Source of the DNA: Bacilli bacterium
GTDB taxonomy: Bacteria; Bacillota_I; Bacilli_A; RF39; UBA660
Assembly (NCBI GenBank): GCA_017544165.1
Contig: JAFYER010000009.1
Location: forward strand, 10,401-74,400
DNA length: 64,000 nt
Direction of reading: 5' to 3'
The notes below the pieces were generated by a model that saw nothing but the letters and a program-made list of their open reading frames with translations, searched no databases and was not told the DNA's origin. The stretch's first letter is position 1; each line of letters starts with the position of its first letter. The position numbers and the translations under genes are program-made. This document shows positions 38,829-49,465 of the stretch, in pieces.

Positions 38829-40310
38829 CTACTTTTCTTTCATTTGATTGACATACATAATAAATTCCAATTCTTCGGTGTTAATTTTATTGTTAATAAT
38901 ATCATAACTTAATATTACATTATCTAAATTTTTTAGATATGAATCAACAGTATCCTCAGTTATTTTATCTTCCCCTATGTTGATGTTGACTAAACGATAA
39001 CGATCACTTATTATCTGTGGAATATTTTTATCTTCTGTAATGCTAATATTATTAATAATATTTAAGTCATTACAATAAACAAATTTAAATAATTCGATGA
39101 TGTTGTTATTAATGTCATTCATTGAAATAATATCATTTTGTTCTTTAAGAAGTTTTACAAAATAATTGAAATTAGCACTTGCTATCATCAAAAGATTATA
39201 ATAGCTTGTATCATTATTAACACTAGTAAAAATTGTATCATTTATTTTTAAATCATCTAACTCGCGATATAATCTATATAATTCAATGATACAATTATTT
39301 CTCATGAGCTTTGTATCACTACTAGAAAATCTAGAATTAATTTTTCGATTTAATTTGAATAATTCCTTTTCTTTTTTTGAAATCTCTTTAAATTTATTAT
39401 TATAAACGCCTTTATATTCTTGTTTATGTTCAAATAACTTTTTTAGATTGTCAATAATGTAAATAAAACGCATTAAATACTTGTATTCAAATAATGAATC
39501 TTTTAATTTTAGTAAATTATAATGATTAGCTTCATCCTCTTTTAAAAATAGTTCAGATGTTATAGATTTAATATTTTTTTCTGATACATCTGTAAGTAAT
39601 ACAGTTTTATTCAAAATAAGTGAGGAAATATATTTAATACTTGTATGATTATATTTATCAATAGCAGTATGATTATCTTTATATTGATTTATTATATCTT
39701 CAAAAGAAGATTTTTTCTTTTTAAAATATCCATCAATCTTCTTCTTATATTTAAAATATAAATATCGAAAATTCAACTCAATTTGATTGATTAAATTAGG
39801 ATTTTCCCAGTATAGCATTTCAAAAACTTGATGAATATCTTCTTTTTTTCCTAATAATGAACCCATATATTTACTAACTACTTCAGTATAATTAAAATCT
39901 TCGATAGTAAGAGTAATACCGACTTTTTCAAAAGAGTCGATTAATGTAAAAATGACTTCATTTGTTTTATCAAGATCTTCCTTATAATAATGACCGATTT
40001 CATAGATATAATAAGGTAAATTCATTCTTTCATAACTATCAAAAAAACTGTTATTGAATTTTAAAGATAATATATCAATTTTTTCATCAATTTTTAAATC
40101 AGTCCCTGTTGTATATTTTTCAACATATTTGTTATATCTAGCATCTAGTTCATCTGTTATTTGTTTTAATTTTTGATTAAAATCCGCAAGTTGTAAATCA
40201 ATGTACTTAATATATTCAGCCTTATTTTTTTTAGTATCAGTAGGAAGAATAGAAAGATTGTTATTAATGGCGTCAATTGATTTTTGAATATCATTTATCA
40301 TTTGAAACAC
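38829..40310 (-). CDS. Hypothetical helical/coiled-coil cytoplasmic protein (likely start ATG 40301)
   Basis: 493-aa ORF coupled to its neighbours; no family recognised. Confidence 0.7.
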   Translation of the reverse strand: MFQMINDIQKSIDAINNNLSILPTDTKKNKAEYIKYIDLQLADFNQKLKQITDELDARYNKYVEKYTTGTDLKIDEKIDILSLKFNNSFFDSYERMNLPYYIYEIGHYYKEDLDKTNEVIFTLIDSFEKVGITLTIEDFNYTEVVSKYMGSLLGKKEDIHQVFEMLYWENPNLINQIELNFRYLYFKYKKKIDGYFKKKKSSFEDIINQYKDNHTAIDKYNHTSIKYISSLILNKTVLLTDVSEKNIKSITSELFLKEDEANHYNLLKLKDSLFEYKYLMRFIYIIDNLKKLFEHKQEYKGVYNNKFKEISKKEKELFKLNRKINSRFSSSDTKLMRNNCIIELYRLYRELDDLKINDTIFTSVNNDTSYYNLLMIASANFNYFVKLLKEQNDIISMNDINNNIIELFKFVYCNDLNIINNISITEDKNIPQIISDRYRLVNINIGEDKITEDTVDSYLKNLDNVILSYDIINNKINTEELEFIMYVNQMKEK

Positions 40311-40395
40311 CTTCTTTGCTATCCTCTAGTGATTTTATAAATTGTAAAACTTTTTCATATAATTCAATTAATTCTTTATCTGTTAAATCTTTCAT
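40291..40395 (-). CDS. Unannotated 34-aa small protein
   Basis: RBS GGGAG upstream of ATG 40395; MKDLTDKELIELYEKVLQFIKSLEDSKEGVSNDK*. It fills the gap in the operon and its stop overlaps the next start. Confidence 0.6.
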   Translation of the reverse strand: MKDLTDKELIELYEKVLQFIKSLEDSKEGVSNDK

Positions 40396-40407
40396 TTTTC
40401 CTACTCC

Positions 40408-43400
40408 CTACTTAATTATTATATATTTTTCTACAGTTCCTATCAATGAATTATTATCATATAACATAAACTGCATCATGTAAGTTCCCGGTGTTAAATC
40501 ATCATTCATGCTAAGTACTAAGGTTGTCGTTTCTGCAGGGCTGCTTACAATCAAATATTCATTTGCATTAGCGGTTATTTGTAAAGTATTACTTACATAA
40601 TCCGCTAAATCTACTACTGAATAATTTGTTGAACCAACGACCGAATATGATGATCTTCTATACATTTTAAGTCTAATAGATGGATTAGTTAATCCTGAAT
40701 TATAACCTATAGTGTATGTCACATTATTACTATTATTTAATGTATATCCGGTTTCTTTGTAAACAATCATATCTTCATTAGCTACATCGACATCTAGTCC
40801 GTAGATTTCATTTATAATAGATATATTGAAATCAACATAATCGGATGTGTTAAGACCATAATAGATACCATCTGGCGAACCAAATGATTCAACTCTTAAT
40901 ACATAATTACCGGTTGCTAGATTAGATGTTCCCGTTTTAACTTTAACCCATGTTTCGATGTTACCTACCCGTTCAGAAATTTTAATTCTCGTCGTTCCAT
41001 CGATATTTGGTGAATAATCAACACCATCTATTTCATATGTTAAACCAAGTAGTGCAACCCCGGATACAACTTGATTATTTTTAAACAAAGTTAATTTTAA
41101 ACCGACTTTTTGATCGAACATGTGGGTATCATTGATAACAATACCTGCGACTTGTGATTGGGTATAATTAGTTTGTAAATCCATTGTTACTGTTTCACCA
41201 CTATAGATAGTATCGCTACTGATTGTTCCACTAATGTCAATGACCGCGTCAAGTCCATCATAGATATCGTAGTGCATTCCACCTTCTTGAATACCTAAAA
41301 CACTGACCATTGTTTGATCATTGCCATTTTGAAGTTCAAACAAAATATAATTATCAAGTGAATCATCTGCAAATTCCGTATCTTCAAAATCGATAATAAA
41401 AATAAACTCTTCCTGGCAATAACCACCTGTCTGTGAATAATAAAGTGAATTCATCTGGGAATCATTATAATGAACGCCACTATTAAATGCTCCCATTACT
41501 TCAAACATTGACAAATCATAGTTAGCTTCATTATGGAAAGAAATTTGACTTTCCGCCGCAGCCACATCTGCAGCTGTTATAACATGATAATAGTACTTCG
41601 CTTCATTTAAGCTTAAATCAATCATTGTTATTTTTGTATTTTCGGGTAAAGCAATGTTTGATACTAATGCTCTATGATATCCATTACCATAAATACTTTG
41701 TCCTTGTGAAAACAATGAAAAATAGGCACTTATCGAAGACTTAGAAGTTATTTTAGTTGTTGTCGGTGTAAATAAATCATATTTTCTACCTGCTGTTAAA
41801 GCAGCTTCATAATCATTTGTCGCAATTAAAATTCGTGAAATATTAACATTAATTATTAACGTTTCAGGATCTGATGTTAAATCATCTATACGGCTAGTAA
41901 CACTAACTTCTATTTGTATTGTTCCAAGCGAACCAGTTGTTTGTAAGTTTTTAGAATGGTATAAGTAAAATAATAGTGAAGGTACATTTGTACTATTTTC
42001 ACCAATATAATATCTTAAGCCCTGAATTTGTGGGGTTGTCGTATTATAAAATGATGTTTGACCTGCTGTTAACCAACCTGTGTTACTTGTTTCCATTGAA
42101 AGTCCCATAGTTGTATCAACTGTTGATAAATTCGATGAAATCTTTGGAATCGAGTTTTTATTAACTATTTGTACGCCGCTTTCAAGCCCAGTAAAGTCAA
42201 CCCTTGTTATTTCAAAAGTTGTATTTGGCACAGTGTAGTCAATTAATGGAAGCTCAACAGCACCCATTGTTGAATATTTAGATGCAACAAGATTTACTTC
42301 ATAAGTTTGAACGTATTGACCAATAATCCACATATACATTGGAGAATCAGCAGGTGTAGGTTCTATTATTTTAATTGTATTAATACCTTCTTCATCGACA
42401 AAATTGCTATAAAAACCATCAGCCGTAATGTCATGATCATTTTTATGAGCACCTAATACATAAGAACCCGTTGTAAATAACCCGCTATTTAAATCGACAT
42501 GAGCTCCATAAGCATAATCATCATAAATACCTACTACTATTGAATTGTTAGCGCCATATTTAAATAATCCAAAGAATGTCATTCCTTCGACATCACCATA
42601 TGTTGTTAGTGTTTCATTAGCAATATTCAATACTTTATTATTGGCGCCATACATATAGATACGATTATCAGCATCTCTTGTAAATGTACCAAGTTCATCA
42701 TTGATAGTTATTGTAACTGGATCACCATTTGCTTGTAAACTTTTATAACTTCTAAGCTCATTTGCTCCTGTTTCAAGGAATAGTGTCGAATTATTCTTTA
42801 AATCCATTTCATCAATAATTGATAAGGTAAATAATACGTCACTATATTCGTTTGTTCTATCAGTTGCACCACTTAAAGTAAATGCTGAATTATCAATTAC
42901 TAATAGATTAGTTCTTTGAATAGATATATTATGTTTAGGATTTGCAAACGTTCCATAATTTTTAATATTTATTGTACTTGTTCCTGTTGTTGTTGAGGCA
43001 TTACCACTTCCAAAGATTGAGCCCTCAATAATGAAATTATTATAATTTAAGGCATTTATATTAACATATATAGCTTCTGTTACACCGACGAAGTGCCAGT
43101 CATAGTTTTCAGATCCTGAAGCATTTGCTTCACCACCACCAAAGACTGTACCGTGAATTAGAACATTACCCCTAGTTGATTCAGAAGTGGTTGCAACATC
43201 TGCACCAATATTAACACTTGTTCCACCATAAACAACAGAAGTATTAGCTCCACCATAGATATTTCCATAAATGGTTGCTCCCAATATTTTTACATTTGAT
43301 TGAGAAGTATTTAATGTTGAATCTCCGGTAAAGGCCGCATTTCCTCCGCCAAATAGTGAACATTGTGATTTAATAACACAATTGGCAGTTCCAATCGTAG

Positions 43401-46400
43401 TTGTACCACCAACAGTTATATTAGTATTACCTAAAACTGTCGCATTAGATCCGTTACCACCACCATATGCACTACCATTAATTGTTCCGTTATTGATTAT
43501 TACATTAGTATTTCCTGAGGTAGCACCATCGTTACCGCCACCAAAGACATTTCCACTTATTGTTCCACCAAATATTTTTAATGAAGTATTATTATTAACA
43601 GCAGCTTGGTTACCTCCGCCATAAACGCTTCCAGTGATTGTCCCAGAATTAATTGTTACATTGGTTGCTCCAACGGCCGCTAGGTTTCCTCCACCATAAA
43701 CATTAGTTACTGTACTTCCCCCAACAGTTACATTAGTAGTTGATGATATACCACCCTGATTATTACCGCCATAAATATCACCAATTGTTCCACCTAAAGA
43801 GGAAATAGTTGTCGTAGTTACATTACCACTTTGATTTGAACCACCATAAATGTTTGTAACACTCGCTGTTGAAGCACTAGGAATTGATATGCTAGTTGTC
43901 GTAGCCCCAGCTTGATTTCCACCGCCATAAATGGCAGATATTGTATTGGTTGAACCATTAACAGTTACATTAGTTGCTCCAACTGTTGCTAGATTTCCAC
44001 CACCATAGATATTAGTTAAAGTTCCACCATTTATTGTTACATTTGTGGTTGAAGAAACTCCACCGGCATTATTTCCGCCGTAAACGTTAGTTACTGTTCC
44101 ACCTGATATAGTAGTATTAGTCGTAGTTATATTACCACTTTGATTTGAACCGCCATAGATGTTAGTAATACTTGCTGTTGAAGTCGATGGAATAGTGATA
44201 TTTGTTGTTGTAGCTCCTGCTTGATTACCTCCGCCATATACAGCAGGGATTGTATTTGTAGCACCATTAATAATCACATTGGTATCCCCGCCGACATTAC
44301 CAGCATTTCCTCCGCCGAATATAGAACCACTTATTGTTCCACTATTAATTGTCACATTTGTATCATTTGTAATAGCAGCTTGATTACCTCCACCATAGAT
44401 TGTCGTAAAGGTTCCACCATTTATCGTAATATTTGTATCATCACTTACAGCTTCATTTCCTCCACCATAAGTAGTAGTTACTGTTCCACCATTAACAATA
44501 ATATTTGTTTCAACGGTTTTTCCACCGGCATTATTTCCGCCATAAAGATTAGTAACTGTTCCGTGATCAATAGTAACATTAGATTCATTAACATTACCGC
44601 TTTGATTTGAACCACCATATACATTAGTAACAACTATGTTGTTGCTTCCACTTCTTGTGTGTAAATCAATATTTGTTGTAGTAGCACCGGCATTATTTCC
44701 ACCACCATAAATAGCTGTAATAGTTCCGGCGTGATTATATACATCTATATTAGTTGTTGTTGTACTAACTAAGTTACCTCCACCATAAATGGTTCCTATC
44801 GAACCGCCTGTAACTTCAATATTTGTAGTACCACAAGTTCCGCCTTCATTGTTTCCGCCATATACAGTTGTGGCACTACCTGAAGAAATATTGACATTAG
44901 CAGTTGTAACACTACCCGATGTATTAGAACCACCATAAATGGTAGTAGTTGTAGCACCGGAAAGGTAAACATGCGTGTTAGTAACCGAAGATTTATTACC
45001 TCCACCAAAAGCATCAGTTATTGTTCCGCCATTTAAGTGAACTTCATTTTGTTTGGTATGGCTTCCTGCTTGATCGTGGCCGCCAAAAACTTTGCCTATA
45101 GTACCACCATTAACTGTAACGTTAATATTTCCATTTACAACTGGTGTATGCGTATTATCTCCTTGACCACCGCCAAAGACACTATTTGTAATAGTACCTT
45201 TGTTAACCGTAACATTTACATTTCCACGATTTATATCATTAACACTACCAAATGCGCTTCCACCATATACGCTACCATTAATAGTAGGGCCACCATTAGA
45301 ATCACCTATTGTTACATTAACTCCATTTGTTGTGAATGTTCCATCTGTCGCAGGGTCAGGTGGGTCTGCAGGTGCAGCACCTCCTTTACCACCGCCATAG
45401 ACATTACTAGTTATTGTTCCACCAGTAACCGCAACATCAATATTCCCGTAGATAGTTCCATGTCTATTAGATCCACCATAGACATTTCCTATCGTTCCAC
45501 CTGTAATATCTATATCAATTAAACTTGATGTTTGATAATTTGATTTACCAAAATCGGCAGACCTACTTCCACCATAAACGCTTCCGATTGTTCCAGATAA
45601 TACTTCAATTTTAGCCGTTGACGTATTATTATAAACAGTTCCTGTAGAACCATAGTTTCCTCCGCCATATACAGCTGAATTTATTGTTCCACCATTAATA
45701 ATAACATGCGAATTATAAACTGTTCCTTTTTCAGTTGAGGAAGTATCTCCTCCTCCTGCGCCAAATACAGTACCTGATTCAACTCCGTATAATTTGTCAT
45801 TTTGACCACCTATTGTTACATTTCCACCAACATAAACAAGTGTTGATCCTTCCAAAACACCATCATCTGTATATCCAGATTCAAAACTGTTAGAGCCACC
45901 TAAGACGCTATAGCTAACTGTTCCACCCGTGACACATATAATCCGATTGCCTTTTGTAGTTGAGTGTCCTGCACCGCCATATATAGATCTTACAGTTCCG
46001 CCACTCATTCCAATAAATGTTGAATTAGTTGTCTCAGAGCCATTATAACCATAACCACCTACTATAGTGTTTATATTTCCGCCTTCGATCTTAGCGCCAG
46101 TAATGGAGTTAGCGTACGTTGAAGCTCTTGCTCCTATATATAACCCGGCAGTATCATCAGTATTTGGTGTATCGTCATAGTTGTAGCCAAATGTACCACT
46201 TTTAATGATGTTAAAAGACATAAATAAAGATTCGCTACCGGCGGTATTGTTTCCACCTGCATAGCCATCAAGACCGATTTCAAAGAATAATTTCTTGTGA
46301 CTATTATTAACGCGATCATAATCACTGCCAAAAATAGTTGTTTCATTGAATGTATAACTCGTTGTTGAACTACTCATTCTACCACTGTGGTAAGCAAAGT

Positions 46401-49374
46401 AGTTACCACTTTCCACTATTACTCTACATAGTCCAGATGGGCTTGAACCATAAGCTCCACCATATATACCACCAGTTGAAAGATATGAAGCTCCATCCGA
46501 AGGTGTAACATTTCTACCTATCTTAAAATTCTTGGAATTAGCAAATATTGCACCATATGTTTGGTAATTTGTGGCATCATAACCTAAGGCTCTATTTTTA
46601 TTATTATTAGTATTTGTATTATAATTTGGACCATCCATTCTGATGTTTTCAATAACAATATCACCAGGAACTGTCCATCTACCAGTTCCCATGGTAATAG
46701 TTCCACTTGCTGTTGTTCCATTAACCGCAGTCCCCGTTAAAGTATAAGGACGATTTGTAGTAAGATTAGAATAGCTTACCGTACCAGTTATTCTAACTAT
46801 ATTCATATCTCTAGTAACTAGGTAATAGTACTTGTCGCCATCAATTACTTCATTATTAGAATCTTCCTCAATAATGGATATACTATTTCCATTACTCTTA
46901 ATTGTTGCATCATCATAATGAATTAATTTGTATGCTGTAGAACAACTGCTCGTATTTGTACATAAAGATCCAGATGATGTATAATACATTCCAGTTTGTA
47001 GCATTGCTGCGGTCGGATTACTTACTTTGTAATAAAAACCTTGCGTGTCATTACCAGTTGGTATATAGGACTTTTGTCTTTGGACAGTCTCACTATATGA
47101 ATATTGCCCATCAGGATCATCTAATAATTCCATGTAAGTTGTATTGTACGAATTAATTGTAGTCTCTGTATTACTATTAGTTGGTCTAAAATTAGTAATA
47201 AAAGTTACAGAACCGCCATTGTATTTTGAACCGCCAACAATAGCTGAAGTATTAGGATAAAATACATAACAAGTTTGATTCCTACTACATCTAGTTCTAT
47301 AAGAATTGTAATAATAAGTACCACTATTCCTATTAGTTCGATAAAAACTACCAGCAGGCATATAGCCATCTTGGTCATCGCCCCTAGCGTACTGACGGTC
47401 AAACTCCATTTGTGTATAATTTTGTCGCCAAAAATAACTAGCCCTATGTACTATCACTTCAGGAACAGTATAACCAGTAGATACCATCGTCATTGAGCTC
47501 AAATTAGTTATATTATTATACGAAGTTACAACATCTGCTTCATACCAATTAGCATTGAGATGAATTACAACTTCACTGCCCCCATCAATAGGTACTTGCA
47601 TATATCTCGTATAATCGTCAGTGTTAATACTAAAAGTTGAAGATGCACATACACCACTAGTGGTATCAACGTCTTGATTACATACCCAACCATTAAATCC
47701 ATATTCAGTTGAATTAGCATATGGCCTTTTGCTAAACGGATTATCTATTAATTCAATTTTAATGTAATTGTTTCCACCAGCATCAGTGGCAAGAGTTCCA
47801 TTAGATGATCTTTCCAATGGAATGTATTTAAAATATACATATTTATTAGAAGTTTCATTGTTAATCGGGGAGACACTACCAACCAGGTTAGAATTATTAA
47901 GATCAGAGCCATCGTAAATAAGCTCAACTTTTACTAGGTTTTCTGCATCATAATAATGAGTGCTATTTCCACTTGGTAGACTAGTATTTCTAACTTCGGT
48001 ATAATTTAAACCAGTTAAATAATTTAAATCACTAGTTAAATCATTGACGTAAACAGTATTATTAGTTATACCACTATCATGTGCACTAATAGTACTTCTT
48101 TTCATTCCGCTTTTCGGAGCATTAACTATATCTTTAGGCTCAACACCATTATTAACTATTCTAAATTCTCCATTTTCATATTTCCAAACTAAATCACTAT
48201 TTTCATTCAATGATTTAACAACATATTCTAAATCTCTTACACTATTAAAAGTTATTTCGTCTTTTTCAATACTATATTCATAAATATCGTGCTTTTCAGT
48301 ATAATCGAACTCATCAATTAAAACAAGATTACTAGATTCAAACATAATATTATTTAAATTAGTACTACCATTAAATTTATCTATTAAAATATTGGTGCTT
48401 TTAACCTCGCTACTACCAGAAATATTAATATTAGAAATATTATTTAATCCATTATCATTAAGAATAAATAATGATGAATTCAATAAATCTTTATCACCGG
48501 CATATTCGATATTGATATTATTGATATTAATATTTGTAATAGTACTTTCTTCGACATTTCTAAATAAACTCGCATCAACTCGGCGAATTGCAGCTTCTAT
48601 TTCTTCTTCATCTTTTTTATCTTCATTAATATCCTGCTTACTATCAACTTCACTTACTTCATCAGTTTTTTCTTCGATATTTTCGTCAATTCCATCGGTT
48701 TTTTCATTAGAGGGTTCCTCTTTAATTTCTTCATTTTTATCTTCGATGATTTCTTCATTATTTTCTTTGGAAGGTTCTCCATCAGTTATTTCTTCTATAT
48801 CTTTGCTAATTTCTTTTTCATTTTCTTTAATTGGTTCTTCCTTAGTCTCTTCTTCAATTATTTCAGAAACCATTTTGTCGTTAACAGCTATAGTTATATC
48901 TTTAAAATTTATATTTTTAATTTCAGCATTATATAAAGAAGACATCAAACTAAAACTTGCAGTAGCTTCGTTTACATCAGTATAATAATTACTTATTGTA
49001 AAATTTGATATTGTGTATCCACCGCCATTTATAGTTCCGCTAAATTGTTTATTAGGGCTGACAAAAAAGAATTCTTTGCCATTAAGATTGATATTATTAT
49101 TTATTTCATAATTCTTATTAAAATAATCAGGAGATTCATCACCATTTATAAGTTCAAAGAAATAGGCAAGCTCACTACCATTGCTTATAATGTATGGATC
49201 TAAGCTAGTTCCTGTTCCACTACTAAAAGATTTAGCAACAGTTCCATCCCATATAGATGAACTTGTTTTTTCAGAAAAAGTTTTCTTATTAAAATGCACG
49301 AAGAAAACAAGAATGGCAAGCACTCCCATTAATAGTATTAAACGTTTATAATTAGCTTTTAAAAACTTCTTCAT
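40408..49374 (-). CDS. Giant (2988 aa) secreted adhesin-like protein with GG-rich beta-helix repeats
   Basis: Signal/TM ending KKTFS; WDG...GTGTSLDPYIISNGSEL (GLUG-associated N-terminal motif); acidic linker; dozens of I.GGT...YGG.N repeats; no LPxTG or C-terminal TM. Confidence 0.85.
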   Translation of the reverse strand: MKKFLKANYKRLILLMGVLAILVFFVHFNKKTFSEKTSSSIWDGTVAKSFSSGTGTSLDPYIISNGSELAYFFELINGDESPDYFNKNYEINNNINLNGKEFFFVSPNKQFSGTINGGGYTISNFTISNYYTDVNEATASFSLMSSLYNAEIKNINFKDITIAVNDKMVSEIIEEETKEEPIKENEKEISKDIEEITDGEPSKENNEEIIEDKNEEIKEEPSNEKTDGIDENIEEKTDEVSEVDSKQDINEDKKDEEEIEAAIRRVDASLFRNVEESTITNININNINIEYAGDKDLLNSSLFILNDNGLNNISNINISGSSEVKSTNILIDKFNGSTNLNNIMFESSNLVLIDEFDYTEKHDIYEYSIEKDEITFNSVRDLEYVVKSLNENSDLVWKYENGEFRIVNNGVEPKDIVNAPKSGMKRSTISAHDSGITNNTVYVNDLTSDLNYLTGLNYTEVRNTSLPSGNSTHYYDAENLVKVELIYDGSDLNNSNLVGSVSPINNETSNKYVYFKYIPLERSSNGTLATDAGGNNYIKIELIDNPFSKRPYANSTEYGFNGWVCNQDVDTTSGVCASSTFSINTDDYTRYMQVPIDGGSEVVIHLNANWYEADVVTSYNNITNLSSMTMVSTGYTVPEVIVHRASYFWRQNYTQMEFDRQYARGDDQDGYMPAGSFYRTNRNSGTYYYNSYRTRCSRNQTCYVFYPNTSAIVGGSKYNGGSVTFITNFRPTNSNTETTINSYNTTYMELLDDPDGQYSYSETVQRQKSYIPTGNDTQGFYYKVSNPTAAMLQTGMYYTSSGSLCTNTSSCSTAYKLIHYDDATIKSNGNSISIIEEDSNNEVIDGDKYYYLVTRDMNIVRITGTVSYSNLTTNRPYTLTGTAVNGTTASGTITMGTGRWTVPGDIVIENIRMDGPNYNTNTNNNKNRALGYDATNYQTYGAIFANSKNFKIGRNVTPSDGASYLSTGGIYGGAYGSSPSGLCRVIVESGNYFAYHSGRMSSSTTSYTFNETTIFGSDYDRVNNSHKKLFFEIGLDGYAGGNNTAGSESLFMSFNIIKSGTFGYNYDDTPNTDDTAGLYIGARASTYANSITGAKIEGGNINTIVGGYGYNGSETTNSTFIGMSGGTVRSIYGGAGHSTTKGNRIICVTGGTVSYSVLGGSNSFESGYTDDGVLEGSTLVYVGGNVTIGGQNDKLYGVESGTVFGAGGGDTSSTEKGTVYNSHVIINGGTINSAVYGGGNYGSTGTVYNNTSTAKIEVLSGTIGSVYGGSRSADFGKSNYQTSSLIDIDITGGTIGNVYGGSNRHGTIYGNIDVAVTGGTITSNVYGGGKGGAAPADPPDPATDGTFTTNGVNVTIGDSNGGPTINGSVYGGSAFGSVNDINRGNVNVTVNKGTITNSVFGGGQGDNTHTPVVNGNINVTVNGGTIGKVFGGHDQAGSHTKQNEVHLNGGTITDAFGGGNKSSVTNTHVYLSGATTTTIYGGSNTSGSVTTANVNISSGSATTVYGGNNEGGTCGTTNIEVTGGSIGTIYGGGNLVSTTTTNIDVYNHAGTITAIYGGGNNAGATTTNIDLHTRSGSNNIVVTNVYGGSNQSGNVNESNVTIDHGTVTNLYGGNNAGGKTVETNIIVNGGTVTTTYGGGNEAVSDDTNITINGGTFTTIYGGGNQAAITNDTNVTINSGTISGSIFGGGNAGNVGGDTNVIINGATNTIPAVYGGGNQAGATTTNITIPSTSTASITNIYGGSNQSGNITTTNTTISGGTVTNVYGGNNAGGVSSTTNVTINGGTLTNIYGGGNLATVGATNVTVNGSTNTISAIYGGGNQAGATTTSISIPSASTASVTNIYGGSNQSGNVTTTTISSLGGTIGDIYGGNNQGGISSTTNVTVGGSTVTNVYGGGNLAAVGATNVTINSGTITGSVYGGGNQAAVNNNTSLKIFGGTISGNVFGGGNDGATSGNTNVIINNGTINGSAYGGGNGSNATVLGNTNITVGGTTTIGTANCVIKSQCSLFGGGNAAFTGDSTLNTSQSNVKILGATIYGNIYGGANTSVVYGGTSVNIGADVATTSESTRGNVLIHGTVFGGGEANASGSENYDWHFVGVTEAIYVNINALNYNNFIIEGSIFGSGNASTTTGTSTINIKNYGTFANPKHNISIQRTNLLVIDNSAFTLSGATDRTNEYSDVLFTLSIIDEMDLKNNSTLFLETGANELRSYKSLQANGDPVTITINDELGTFTRDADNRIYMYGANNKVLNIANETLTTYGDVEGMTFFGLFKYGANNSIVVGIYDDYAYGAHVDLNSGLFTTGSYVLGAHKNDHDITADGFYSNFVDEEGINTIKIIEPTPADSPMYMWIIGQYVQTYEVNLVASKYSTMGAVELPLIDYTVPNTTFEITRVDFTGLESGVQIVNKNSIPKISSNLSTVDTTMGLSMETSNTGWLTAGQTSFYNTTTPQIQGLRYYIGENSTNVPSLLFYLYHSKNLQTTGSLGTIQIEVSVTSRIDDLTSDPETLIINVNISRILIATNDYEAALTAGRKYDLFTPTTTKITSKSSISAYFSLFSQGQSIYGNGYHRALVSNIALPENTKITMIDLSLNEAKYYYHVITAADVAAAESQISFHNEANYDLSMFEVMGAFNSGVHYNDSQMNSLYYSQTGGYCQEEFIFIIDFEDTEFADDSLDNYILFELQNGNDQTMVSVLGIQEGGMHYDIYDGLDAVIDISGTISSDTIYSGETVTMDLQTNYTQSQVAGIVINDTHMFDQKVGLKLTLFKNNQVVSGVALLGLTYEIDGVDYSPNIDGTTRIKISERVGNIETWVKVKTGTSNLATGNYVLRVESFGSPDGIYYGLNTSDYVDFNISIINEIYGLDVDVANEDMIVYKETGYTLNNSNNVTYTIGYNSGLTNPSIRLKMYRRSSYSVVGSTNYSVVDLADYVSNTLQITANANEYLIVSSPAETTTLVLSMNDDLTPGTYMMQFMLYDNNSLIGTVEKYIIIK
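43100..46100 (-). repeat. Intragenic ~25-28-aa repeat array with higher-order duplications
   Basis: Recurrent ccaccata/ccgccata on the + strand; the GGSNQSGN block recurs at ~43822, ~44131 (309 bp apart) and ~44593. Confidence 0.85.
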
Positions 49375-49465
49375 CTATACTATCCTACGTGTATCATTAT
49401 ATCATAGGATTTTCACATTTAAAAGAATATCATAAAAAAACTCAGGTAAAAAACCCAAGCCTTTT

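Noticed and set aside
43100-46100. Periodic ccaccata/ccgccata repeats as a CRISPR array
   Set aside because: They are degenerate at third codon positions and lie in frame within the 2988-aa ORF (YGG repeats); no cas genes are present.
43382-48985. Plus-strand and alternative-frame ORFs (43382, 44221, 45037, 45200, 48392 etc.)
   Set aside because: Shadow ORFs of the repetitive adhesin gene, with no RBS or recognisable motifs.
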